From Patescibacteria group bacterium (lineage in GTDB: Bacteria; Patescibacteriota; Microgenomatia; CAYGWK01): a DNA stretch of 64,000 nt. The notes beneath the pieces were generated by a model. It was not told the origin of the DNA. It searched no databases and saw only the letters and a program-made list of their open reading frames with translations. A program made the position numbers and the translations under genes. Below, piece after piece: positions 44,990 to 54,668 of the stretch (within the stretch, counting starts at the first letter, position 1; the number at the start of each line of letters is the position of its first letter). The stretch covers positions 395 through 64,394 of the forward strand of contig JBMORX010000005.1 of assembly GCA_049322615.1 (NCBI GenBank), in the 5' to 3' direction.

Positions 44990-47365
44990 AAAAAGAAACC
45001 TTCTTACTTAAAGGAATGCATTGTGTTTCCTGCGCGGTGACAATTGAGAATGCTTTAAAAAAAGTACCAGGCGTTTTCTCGGCCGTGGTTAATTTTGCTG
45101 CAGAGAAGGCGACAGTAGAATTCAGCGATCAAGCTATTGAGCAATTAAGATATCAAGAATTATTAGAGAAGATTAAAAAGGCGGTAAAAAACGCAGGCTA
45201 TGAATTGATAACGGATGAGAAGGATGATCACAGAAGGCACAGAAAAAAAGATGAGGGCACAGAAAAAGAAATGGAACATCACGACCACGCGGCAATGATG
45301 AGGGAAGAAGAATTAATAGACTTGAAAAGAAAAATTGCTGTTGGCGCGGTGATCTCCGCTTTAATTCTAGCTATTACCCATCGTTGGTTACTTTTCTTAT
45401 CCACACTTTCAGACCAAACAACCTTTTTCCTTTTGTTTTTCTTAGCTACTCCGGTCCAAGTCTGGTTAGGAAAAAGTTTTTATCAAGGGACGTTTCGGGG
45501 TTTAAAAAATCTTCGGGCTAACATGGATACCCTCGTTGCTCTAGGAACAACCATCGCCTATCTTTATAGCGTTGGTCTAACTTTTATTCCTTCTTATTTT
45601 GCTATGGCAGGGGTCAAGCTTCATATTTATTATGATACCGCCGTTTTTCTTTTGACCATCATTACTTTTGGCCAGTTTTTAGAAAAAAGAGCCCGAGGCC
45701 AAGCAGGAGAAGCGATAAAGAAGTTGATGGGGTTGGCACCCAAAACCGCTCGCGTCCTTCGACAAGCTCAGGATAAATTAGTAGAGATAGATATTCCTAT
45801 CGATCAAGTTCTGGTGGGTGATATTTTAATCGTTCGTCCGGGAGAGAGAATTCCGGTTGATGGAATTGTCGTAGAGGGTGCTTCGGCGGTGGATGAATCA
45901 ATGGTTACGGGTGAAAGTATGCCAGTTGAGAAGAAAAAGGATGACCAGGTAATTGGGGCGACGATTAATAAATCTGGTTCTTTTAAGTTCAAAGCCACAA
46001 AAGTTGGTAAAGAGACGGTTTTAGCCCAAATTATCAAGCTTGTTGAGGAGGCTCAGGGTTCAAAAGCGCCAATCCAACGACTAGCGGATACAGTCTCTGC
46101 TTATTTTGTCCCCGCAGTGATTTTAATAGCGGCTTTAACCTTTTTGATTTGGTTTTTTGTCGGACCTACTCCTGCTTTAACCTTTGCCATTATTAATGCC
46201 ATTGCTGTTTTGATTATTGCTTGCCCTTGTGCCTTGGGTTTGGCGACGCCAACGGCGATTATGGTGGGGACGGGTAAAGGAGCAGAAAAAGGGATTTTGA
46301 TTAAAGATGCCACCAGCCTTGAGATTGCTCATAAGATAAAAACGATTGTTTTGGATAAAACAGGGACGTTGACCAAGGGGGAACCTGGGGTAACGGACAT
46401 AATAATATCAAATATCAAAGATCAAATATCAAAAATACAAATTAAAAATCAAAAAGATTTACTAAGAATTGCCGCCTCGGCCGAGTTGCGGAGTGAGCAT
46501 CCTTTGGGGCAGGCGGTGGTTAAGAAAGCCAGGGAGCAAGGACTGAAATTGGTTGAACCAACAAACTTCCAGGCAATTACCGGGAAAGGGGTAAAGGCGA
46601 AATTAGTAATTAGGAATTTTAAAGGGAAATCGTGTTTTGATGAAAGAATTTAAGGTGGAGATACCAAAAGCAGTGGAAGAAAGAATGAAGAGATTAGAAA
46701 ATGAAGGCAAAACAGTTATGCTCTTAGCCGTAACCCAATTACCAATTACTAATTACCAATTACTAGGCATTATTGCCGTCGCTGATACTCTTAAGGGAAA
46801 TTCGAAGGAAGCAGTCCAAGCCTTGCAAAAGATGGGGCTTGAGGTTTGGATGATAACTGGGGACAATCCCCGAACGGCTCGGGCGATCGGAAAAATGGTA
46901 GGAATTGATAAAGACCACATTATGGCGGAAGTGGCCCCTCAAGAAAAGGAGAGGAAAGTGAGAGAGCTTAAAACCCAAGGTGCCGTATCTGGTGAACCTC
47001 TAAGGTTGGTGAGTATGGTGGGTGATGGGATAAATGACGCCCCGGCTTTGGCGGCTTCAGATGTTGGGATTGCCATGGGAGCGGGGACGGATGTGGCGAT
47101 GGAGTCAGCCGGGATAACATTGATGAAATCAGATTTGCTGGATTTGGTGGCGGCGATTAGACTTTCCAAAGCAACCCTTGCGATTATCAAGCAAAATCTT
47201 TTCTGGGCTTTCTTTTATAACACGGTTTTAATTCCGGTTGCGGCTGGGGTTCTTTATCCATTTTTTGGGATTCTCTTAAATCCTATTTTTGCTTCCGGAG
47301 CAATGGCGTTTTCTTCAGTTTCCGTGGTTTTAAATTCCTTGAGACTGAGAAGAATAAGAATTTGA
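44986..47365 (+). CDS. copA: Copper-translocating P1B ATPase split by a frameshift near 46601-46620 (ORFs 44986-46653 and 46637-47365)
   Basis: GMHCVSC, TGES, CPC, DKTGT, SEHP in the first ORF; [20 protein letters not shown] in the second. Confidence 0.88.
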
Positions 47366-47403
47366 TATTAAGATATTAAGATATTAAGATATTAAGATAT
47401 TAA
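47364..47403 (+). repeat. Perfect tandem repeat (GATATTAA)5
   Basis: Read directly; same unit as the arrays at 7825. Confidence 0.95.
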
Positions 47404-47423
47404 GAGAAGGGAGGTGAACTATT

Positions 47424-48182
47424 ATGTTTGATTTAACCGGTAAAAAGGCTTTGGTGACTGGAGCCTCGAGGGGAATTGGTCGGGGAATTGCCCTGGCTTT
47501 AGCCAGGCAGGGAGCGGATGTGGTTGTCAATTTCCGTTCAAATGGCGAGGAGGCGGAAAAGGTTGTTTCCGAAATAAAAGCCTTGGGTCGAGATAGTTTT
47601 GCGGTTCAGGCTGATATCTCCAATAAAGAGTCAGTTGGAAAAATGTTTGGGGAAGTAAAAACGAAATGGGGGAAATTGGATATTTTAGTTAACAACGCTG
47701 GGATTGTTCAGTTTGCTCCTTTTGAGGAGTTGACTGAAGAACAATGGGATGCGGTTTTAGACACGAATTTAAAAGGTCAGTTTTTATGCTCCCAGGAGGC
47801 AGTTAAATTAATGTCTCCTGGTTCAAGAATTATTAATATTGCCTCAATCGCCTCTGGCGGAGTTGGAGTTGGTTTCTCGCGAATTTCCCATTATACCGCC
47901 TCCAAAGGCGGAGTGGTCGCCTTAACCGAAAATATGGCCTTGGATTTAGCCGCAAAAGGAATCAATGTTTGCGCCATCGCTCCGGGAATAATTGAGACAG
48001 ATATGACCCGCGATATGCTTTCGGATGAGAAAGCCAAGGCCGGACTTTTAGCCAGAATTCCTAAAGGAAGAGTAGGCAAACCAGAAGACATTGGGGCGGC
48101 GGCCGCTTTTTTGGCATCCGATGAGGCAGATTATATTACGGGAACAGTAATTTACGTTGATGGAGGCTGGCTAGCCGCGTAA
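47424..48182 (+). CDS. SDR family oxidoreductase (FabG-like)
   Basis: TGASRGIG, NNAG, YTASK, PG. Confidence 0.93.
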   Translation: MFDLTGKKALVTGASRGIGRGIALALARQGADVVVNFRSNGEEAEKVVSEIKALGRDSFAVQADISNKESVGKMFGEVKTKWGKLDILVNNAGIVQFAPFEELTEEQWDAVLDTNLKGQFLCSQEAVKLMSPGSRIINIASIASGGVGVGFSRISHYTASKGGVVALTENMALDLAAKGINVCAIAPGIIETDMTRDMLSDEKAKAGLLARIPKGRVGKPEDIGAAAAFLASDEADYITGTVIYVDGGWLAA

Positions 48183-48332
48183 GAACGTAACATTTGCTTT
48201 GCAAAGTGTACGTTCAACGCGGCTTATCACGTTAATCGCCAAAGGCGATTTTACGTGATGGCAGGCTAGAAGTTTTAGAAGATTCCTTAGGTGTCTACCT
48301 AGCACACACCGGGTGTGTACAAATGCAAAAAT

Positions 48333-48884
48333 ATGAAAGCGACCAAAATGCTTCAAGATGAACATCGGGTAATTGAAAGATTTCTGCATGTGTTGGCAAA
48401 ACTGGCAGATAGAGCAGAAAAAGGCAGGATTGAAGAAGAAAAATTTAGCCAAGTTTTGGATTTTATTCAGACTTTTGCCGACCGCTGTCATCATGGTAAA
48501 GAAGAAGATGTTTTGTATCCCCTCCTTGAAAAAAAGGGAATTCCAAAAGTTGGTGGGCCAATCGGGATGATGTTATTTGAACACGAAGAGGGAAGAGGTT
48601 ATGTGGCTGGTTTGACCAAGGCAATCGAGGGATACAGGAGCGGCAAGAACACAAAAGAAGAGATTATTGAAAATGCCCGCGGTTATATTGGAATTTTGGA
48701 AAATCATATTCCCAAAGAAGACAATATTTTGTACCCCATGGGAGAGCAGGTTTTAAGCCCTCAAGACGACAGCAATCTGATTTCGGAGTTTGAAAAAATT
48801 GAAAAAGAGAGGATTGTGCCAGGGAAGCACGAAGAATATCATCGATTAATTGAGCGATTAGAGAAGGAGATTAAAAATGATTGA
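48333..48884 (+). CDS. Hemerythrin/HHE domain protein
   Basis: EH, HHGKEE, EHEEGR, HIPKED. Confidence 0.88.
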   Translation: MKATKMLQDEHRVIERFLHVLAKLADRAEKGRIEEEKFSQVLDFIQTFADRCHHGKEEDVLYPLLEKKGIPKVGGPIGMMLFEHEEGRGYVAGLTKAIEGYRSGKNTKEEIIENARGYIGILENHIPKEDNILYPMGEQVLSPQDDSNLISEFEKIEKERIVPGKHEEYHRLIERLEKEIKND

Positions 48885-49203
48885 GCTGACTGATAAAACT
48901 TTTGAGATTGAAGTTTTGAAATCAAATCTTCCGGTTTTGGTTGATTTTTGGGCGCAGTGGTGCGGCCCATGCTTGATGGCCGCTCCGGTCATCGAAGAAT
49001 TAGCCAAAGAATACGAGGGAAAGATTAAGGTGGGAAAATTAAATGTTGACGAAAATCCAAAAATAGCCGAGAAATATGGCATCTTAAGTATTCCGACGGT
49101 GGTGGTCTTCAGAAATGGAGAGGAAGTAAAAAGACAGGTCGGATTTCCTGGCAGGGAAGGTTACCTTAAATTGATCCAGGAAATTTTAAATTTAAAATTT
49201 TAA
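48877..49203 (+). CDS. trxA: Thioredoxin
   Basis: WCGPC, SIPT. Confidence 0.96.
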   Translation: MIELTDKTFEIEVLKSNLPVLVDFWAQWCGPCLMAAPVIEELAKEYEGKIKVGKLNVDENPKIAEKYGILSIPTVVVFRNGEEVKRQVGFPGREGYLKLIQEILNLKF

Positions 49204-49240
49204 ATGTATATTTTCAATTTACTATTTACAATTTACTATA

Positions 49241-50218
49241 ATGTATGATCTGATCATTATCGGTTTAGGTCCGGCAGGCTTGACTTCCTCAATTTATGCT
49301 TCGCGTTTTCGGATAAAGCATTTGCTAATTGGAAGCTCGCTGGGAGGAGCAATGGCTTTGGCTTTTTCTGTGGAAAATTACCCAGGATTTGAGAAGATTT
49401 CCGGTTTGGAATTGGCTAAAAAAATGGAAAGCCAAGCCAAAAATCTAGGGGCGGAGATTTTGGTTGATGAGGTGGTTAAAATCAAGGGAGGTCCTTCTTT
49501 TACGGTAGAAACTGCTTCAGGGAGAAAATTTCAAGCCAAAAATCTAATTGTGGCGACTGGGACAAAGCGCCGGCAGTTAGGAATTCCTGGTGAGACAGAA
49601 TATCTTGGTCGAGGGGTCTCTTATTGTTCAACCTGCGATGCCCCCTTTTTTAAGGATAAGGTGGTGGCAGTCATTGGCGGGTCAAACGCGGCCGCCATGG
49701 GAGCGGTTCATCTTTCCTCTTTTGCCAAAAAGGTTTATTTGCTCTATCGGGGAAAGCCTTTGCGCGCCGAGCCTGCTTGGGTGGAGAAGGTAGAAAAGAC
49801 ACCCAGGATTACGGTGATTTACGAAACGAATATTAAAAAGATATTAGGATATAAAGATATTAAGATATTAAGCGAAGAAGAAAAAGCACCTAGTATCGAT
49901 CGAGTGGCGGCGGTGGAATTGGATAAACCATACAAGGGGAAAAGGCTTTTGCCTGTGGATGGGGTTTTTGTGGAAATTGGGGGTGTTCCTGGAGCAGAGT
50001 TAGTCAAGCCTTTGGGAGTGGAACTTAATGAGAAGGGATTTATCAAGGTAGGAGCGGATATGGCGACCAATATTGCCGGAATTTTTGCCGCTGGAGATGT
50101 GGCTAATGCCTCTGGTGAGCTTCAGCAGATAGTGACGGCTGTCTCCGAAGGAGCAATTGCCGCCGCCTCGGTTTACCAAAATCTGGGACTTGACAAAGAC
50201 ATTAAGTGTACGTTATAA
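49241..50218 (+). CDS. trxB: Thioredoxin reductase
   Basis: G.GPAG, ENYPG, GVSYCSTCD, FAAGD. Confidence 0.92.
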   Translation: MYDLIIIGLGPAGLTSSIYASRFRIKHLLIGSSLGGAMALAFSVENYPGFEKISGLELAKKMESQAKNLGAEILVDEVVKIKGGPSFTVETASGRKFQAKNLIVATGTKRRQLGIPGETEYLGRGVSYCSTCDAPFFKDKVVAVIGGSNAAAMGAVHLSSFAKKVYLLYRGKPLRAEPAWVEKVEKTPRITVIYETNIKKILGYKDIKILSEEEKAPSIDRVAAVELDKPYKGKRLLPVDGVFVEIGGVPGAELVKPLGVELNEKGFIKVGADMATNIAGIFAAGDVANASGELQQIVTAVSEGAIAAASVYQNLGLDKDIKCTL

Positions 50219-50238
50219 TGATCAACGGAGGTGAATTT

Positions 50239-50508
50239 ATGGATATCATCGCCGCTACCCATGCTCGAAGTAAATTCCTTGAGCTGGTGGACGAAGTTGA
50301 TAAATTTTTAAAACGTTATATTATCACTAAAAAGGGTCGACCCAAGGCGGTCCTTTTATCGGCCGAAGAATTTGAGTCTTGGGAAGAAACTCTCTATACT
50401 CTTTCTCATCCTCAAACCATGAAGGCTATTCGAGAAGGGGAGAGAGACTGGAAAGCGGGGCGAAAAGAGAAATTTGTTGCTTTAGAAGAATTAAGGAAAA
50501 AAGATTAA
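50239..50508 (+). CDS. Phd/YefM antitoxin
   Basis: ITKKGRPKAVLLSAEEFES..ETL. Confidence 0.9.
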   Translation: MDIIAATHARSKFLELVDEVDKFLKRYIITKKGRPKAVLLSAEEFESWEETLYTLSHPQTMKAIREGERDWKAGRKEKFVALEELRKKD

Positions 50509-50514
50509 AGAATA

Positions 50515-50772
50515 ATGCCTGCTAGAGTTATTCTCCACCGCCAGGCAGAAAAGGATCTGCGGAGACTTCCTAAACTTATTTTTAAGGCAGTTTGGCGAGC
50601 CCTTGAGGATCTTGAAAAAAATCCCCTGGTTGGTTTGCCTTTGCGAGGCGAACTTGAAGGCAAAAGAAAATATCGAATAGGAGATTGGCGAATTATTTAT
50701 GAGTTTTTAGCCAAAGAAAAAATCGTTATCGTCTACAAAATCGAATCCCGCAGCCAAGTTTACAAAAGATAA
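50515..50772 (+). CDS. RelE/ParE toxin
   Basis: AEKDL, L.G.L.G..KYRIGDWRIIY. Confidence 0.9.
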   Translation: MPARVILHRQAEKDLRRLPKLIFKAVWRALEDLEKNPLVGLPLRGELEGKRKYRIGDWRIIYEFLAKEKIVIVYKIESRSQVYKR

Positions 50773-50911
50773 AAATAAATGACAGGGTCCGTCCCTGTCA
50801 GGACTTGGGCAAAAAATCTTCACCAAACTTGACAAGCCAGAAATTTAATCTAAAATGAAATTGCTGCCCAAATGGGCAGTTTTAAGTTTGAAGGAAAGGA
50901 GATGAAGAAAA

Positions 50912-51562
50912 ATGAGTCGATCGAAAACCCCAGAAGGGAAGGAATCATCAGAGTCAGAACCAATTTTTCCTAAAACAGGACTAGATCTGATAAAAAGGGC
51001 GGTTGGAGAAAATCCGATCCAATGGATTAAGATAACCATGGAGCGTCGCTATGGAGACCTAGAGCTAGTTATAGTAGGGAATAATGGTATTTGGGGAAAA
51101 TTTCAGAAAGATTACTTCCTTACTCCTACTGAGCCCAGTAAACAGTTTTTAGAAGAAGTCGGAGCGGTCAAAACGGAAGTGCATCTCGGAACTGACTGGT
51201 GGGACCTTCGTTATCCTACTAAATTGGCTCGGAAACTAAAAGAGTTACGAGGAGAAGAAGCTATCCTTTTGTTTTTAGATACAGGAACGTTTGATTTTGG
51301 AACCCTGGTATATGAAGTTCCAACCAAAAATATTGATGGCTTAATTGCCGAGGCGGATAAACAAGGGGGGAAGTACTCGCTTTCCGCTGAATTAGTGACT
51401 TTTGGATTCTCTGTGGAGGAAGGGAGATTTGCCCTTGAGCAGTATACGGTGCCTTGGGGAGCAATAAAGATTGGAGAAGCGGTGCCACGGATTGAGGTAG
51501 CCTTAGAAAATAGTAGAAGATTAGAAGCGTTTCTGGTTGCTAATCAAGGTGTTTTTAAATAA
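50912..51562 (+). CDS. Hypothetical protein
   Basis: 216-aa ORF with promoter and AGGAG upstream. Confidence 0.65.
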   Translation: MSRSKTPEGKESSESEPIFPKTGLDLIKRAVGENPIQWIKITMERRYGDLELVIVGNNGIWGKFQKDYFLTPTEPSKQFLEEVGAVKTEVHLGTDWWDLRYPTKLARKLKELRGEEAILLFLDTGTFDFGTLVYEVPTKNIDGLIAEADKQGGKYSLSAELVTFGFSVEEGRFALEQYTVPWGAIKIGEAVPRIEVALENSRRLEAFLVANQGVFK

Positions 51563-51888
51563 TAGTGATATTTCCGGTCATGATAGGGTTTAACGCCGTC
51601 AAGGCCTGTATTAAACACGAGAAAATCTTATTAAAACGGGGTTCGTTAAATCATTGAATCCTCTTGGACAAGATAAGCCTAAAGGCTTATGTTGTCCCAA
51701 TCCTAGATTCTATTACATTCCCTTTACTCATACATTTTTTATGCCGATCGGCATTAAAAAAGTATGCCCGGAGAACCGCTTAGACATTAAGTAATAAAGA
51801 GCTCACAAGGCTTTGGGCTTATTGACAATTCATGACAGGCTGACAGGGTCCGTCCCTGTCAGGGCTTCCCTCCTGGTTTTGCAGAAAC

Positions 51889-51978
51889 TTAGGAGCGTCG
51901 CAGGGTGGAGAACAATAAATAAAAACCAATAAAGGCAACTATTAAAGAAATAATAGCAAAGATAATCCGACCGTCCAT
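51889..51978 (-). CDS. 29-aa membrane peptide MDGRIIFAIISLIVAFIGFYLLFSTLRRS
   Basis: GAGGT SD, single TM; below the ORF-track cutoff. Confidence 0.55.
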   Translation of the reverse strand: MDGRIIFAIISLIVAFIGFYLLFSTLRRS

Positions 51979-51984
51979 TCTACC

Positions 51985-52074
51985 TCACTTCCTAATAAAC
52001 AAATAAATAGCAATTAGAATGATGCCGCTTCCCAAACTTGCAAATGAAAAAAGCGTTAACCAATCATAATTCAT
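51985..52074 (-). CDS. 29-aa membrane peptide MNYDWLTLFSFASLGSGIILIAIYLFIRK
   Basis: AAGGAG SD; ATGA overlap with the upstream gene. Confidence 0.6.
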   Translation of the reverse strand: MNYDWLTLFSFASLGSGIILIAIYLFIRK

Positions 52075-52280
52075 GATTTGACTCCTTTTACGAAAAATAA
52101 CCCTGTTCGTAAAAATCCCAGCGAGAAAAAGGCGCCCCATAAAAACGAAATTGCTGCCTCAGACCAGTTTTTAGGCCAGGACGGAAAGACACTGATTACT
52201 CCCGCGACAAACCAGGCAACGCCAATATTAGAAAGAAATTCGGCAATTAGTCTTTGTTGCCCAACAGATAATTTCTTCAT
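52071..52280 (-). CDS. 69-aa two-TM protein
   Basis: MKKLS..AEFLSNIGVAWF.AGVI. Confidence 0.65.
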   Translation of the reverse strand: MKKLSVGQQRLIAEFLSNIGVAWFVAGVISVFPSWPKNWSEAAISFLWGAFFSLGFLRTGLFFVKGVKS

Positions 52281-52472
52281 CCATTTTGATGATATCATTT
52301 CCTTAGGAAGGGTGTCAACGGGCATAATCCACCGATTGAGAGGGTTTGTCCCTGTCACCCTTCGTCGACCGGTCAACGACCATATTTTTCCAGTGCCGAT
52401 CGGCACTAAAAAAGTAAGGCGAATTCTGACCCTTGACTTTGAGTGGGGATTGATGGTAGGATACCGAAAGTT

Positions 52473-52655
52473 ATGGCAAGACTGCCTCAAGTTGATAAAG
52501 ACGTGTGTATTGGGTGCGGGCTTTGTGTGACGATTGCCCCGAAGACTTTTAGACTTAGGAAAGATGGTAAAGCCGAGGTAATCAATCCACCAGGGGATGA
52601 GGAAGAGAAAATTAAAGAAGCAGTCGATTCCTGCCCGGTAGGAGCAATAAAGTAG
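52473..52655 (+). CDS. Single-cluster ferredoxin
   Basis: CIGCGLC...CPVGAI. Confidence 0.92.
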   Translation: MARLPQVDKDVCIGCGLCVTIAPKTFRLRKDGKAEVINPPGDEEEKIKEAVDSCPVGAIK

Positions 52656-52685
52656 AGGTTATTAGTAATTAGTTATTAGCAATTT

Positions 52686-53396
52686 ATGGAAGAAAAGAAA
52701 ATCACTAATTTTACTGTTCCAATTCTGGTTGTTTTGCTGGCCGTGGCCGCTTTTTTGGCCGGCTCTTTTTTTACCCGGATTCAATATCTTGAGAAAAAGC
52801 CTGGAACAGCCCAAGTGAGTCCAACTCCCGAGGCAGCTGGTCAGCCTACCCCCGTAGTTTTAGGAGAGGAAGAGATAGCCAAACTGGTCGAGACCGGCCA
52901 GGTTAAAGGAGAGGAGACTGCCAAAGTAACCATGGTTGAATTTTCTGATTTCCAATGTCCATTTTGTGCTCGCTATGCCAAAGAAACTTTTCCCCAGATT
53001 GAAAAGGAATATATAAAAACTGGCAAAGTCCGCTATATTTTCCATCATTATCCTTTGTCTTTCCATCAATATGCCCAAAAGGCAGCCGAGGCAGCCGAAT
53101 GTGCGGGAGAGCAAGGAAAGTTTTGGGAAATGCATGATAAGATTTTTGCCAATCAAGAAAAAATAACCGTCGCCGACCTTAAAAAATATGCTCAAACCCT
53201 GGAGCTACCTTTGGCGGATTTCAACTCCTGCCTGGACTCGGATAAATATAAAAACAAGGTTCAGGGAGATGTGAGTCTTGGGGGAAGTGTGGGGGTGAGT
53301 GGGACTCCGGCTTTCTTTATCAATGGCAGACTGGTTTCTGGAGCTTTACCCTACGAAAACTTCAAAGTAATTATTGAAGAGGAGTTGGGAAAGTAA
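52686..53396 (+). CDS. DsbA-family membrane-anchored oxidoreductase
   Basis: EFSDFQCPFC, GTPAFFING. Confidence 0.92.
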   Translation: MEEKKITNFTVPILVVLLAVAAFLAGSFFTRIQYLEKKPGTAQVSPTPEAAGQPTPVVLGEEEIAKLVETGQVKGEETAKVTMVEFSDFQCPFCARYAKETFPQIEKEYIKTGKVRYIFHHYPLSFHQYAQKAAEAAECAGEQGKFWEMHDKIFANQEKITVADLKKYAQTLELPLADFNSCLDSDKYKNKVQGDVSLGGSVGVSGTPAFFINGRLVSGALPYENFKVIIEEELGK

Positions 53397-53405
53397 AGAG
53401 AGAAG

Positions 53406-53430
53406 ATCTCGCTTTAGGGCGGGATTTTTT
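53406..53430 (+). terminator. Probable intrinsic terminator
   Basis: ATCTCGCT-TTAG-GGCGGGAT stem then T-run. Confidence 0.55.
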
Positions 53431-53444
53431 GTTCTTGCGCTTTT

Positions 53445-53613
53445 GCTCGGGGATGAATTTGTTGTTCGCCTCAAGAGATGGCGTCCCGATTAAATCGGGA
53501 CACGGCTTGCTTGGATGAGAAATTCAAAACTCGAGTTGTGTTCCGAAGGACGCAAGCCTGGGACGTCAGACGTCCCCTGCCACATTGAGGCTTCACAAAA
53601 ATTATCCCCTCGC
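53445..53613. repeat. Long structured repeat, family L copy C
   Basis: GC-TC-GGGGAT...ATCCCC-TC-GC; GCCTCAA/TTGAGGC inner stem. Confidence 0.7.
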
Positions 53614-53680
53614 CGCGCTTATATGATTTAAAATTCTGATTCTCCGAGTTCTCCGAGTTTTCTGATAGAATATTCTTTGG

Positions 53681-53986
53681 ATGGCTCATACTATCTTCCA
53701 TCACCTTTTTATTGCTTTTAGAGCGGTTGTACGCGGTCTGGTGCTTTTAGCGGTCTGGATTGCGGTTTCCTTAACTGGAGTCTTTTTTTGGAGCCAGTTT
53801 TCCTCGCCAATAAATCTAGTTTTAGGGGCGCCACTTTTCTTAATCGGTTTGACCATGGGACTGTCCGCTCTTTATGAAGCGGTGGTTGGAGTCATCTCCT
53901 GGCGGTGGGGAAGAACCCATTGTCCGTTTTGTGAGCCACCAAAAGAAGTTAAAAAAATTCTTTCTCCTTATGATGGATTTAAATAA
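53681..53986 (+). CDS. Small membrane protein with CxxC
   Basis: Two TMs, HCPFC. Confidence 0.65.
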   Translation: MAHTIFHHLFIAFRAVVRGLVLLAVWIAVSLTGVFFWSQFSSPINLVLGAPLFLIGLTMGLSALYEAVVGVISWRWGRTHCPFCEPPKEVKKILSPYDGFK

Positions 53987-54142
53987 AGAGTAATTAGTAA
54001 ATAGTAATTAGTAATTGGGTCCTTGACTTTTTTTATTTTTTAGCGTAAATTAACTCCACCTCTGTCCAAGCCTGCTCCAGTTTCTATCCTAATTACAAAT
54101 TACGAATTACTAATATCTAAAATATCTAAAATCTCCTGCCCA

Positions 54143-54212
54143 GCCCCATAGGGCCTTACCGTTCGCCTTCAGGTTCTATTCGAACACGGCTCACGGAGCG
54201 GCCTGACGGGGC
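54143..54212. repeat. E-family hairpin
   Basis: GCCCC..GGCC-TTA-CCGT-TC-GCC..GTTC-TATTC-GAAC-AC-GGC-TC-ACGG-AGC-GGCC..GGGGC. Confidence 0.75.
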
Positions 54213-54668
54213 AAGGGAGGTTTTTATGTTATATTGGGGCCTTTTTACTTTTGGCTACTGCCTCGGGGCGATTTTCGCCACTTTTATTTTCTCTGGACGC
54301 GCTGATTAACGCTGAAAATCAGGCTAAAAGAGGAGATAAATTACTCAAAGAAAACAACCGGTTTAGTCTTTTAACTAATAGCGTCGTCAAAAATAGGCTG
54401 ATTAACGCTGAATTTTTGAGGCTATAGTTTTGATAACCAGGCTATTCTACCAAACTATTTGTCTGATAACAAAATACTATATTTAATAAAACTTTGACAA
54501 TAATATAGACCTATAAAAAAACTTCCCCATCATTTTAGCCTCGGAAATAGTGATCTTCCGTGATTGTTGGTTTTTAGTTTTGTGCTTGACGGTCTAAAAC
54601 CCCTAAAATCATCTTAACTTATAGGGACTTGACAAGAGTACCCATGAAAGGTAACAATTAAAGGGTAA

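Noticed and set aside
47364-47403. Tandem arrays as CRISPR
   Set aside because: Units are 7-9 nt with no unique spacers, and no cas genes are present
51556-51618. Possible RAYT transposase remnant (minus strand VFNTGLDGVKPYHDRKYHYYL)
   Set aside because: Only weak resemblance to the HVFNRG motif and too short to call without a profile search
52078-52530. 150-aa plus-strand ORF and most short antisense ORFs in the track
   Set aside because: Shadows of better-supported genes or of repeats
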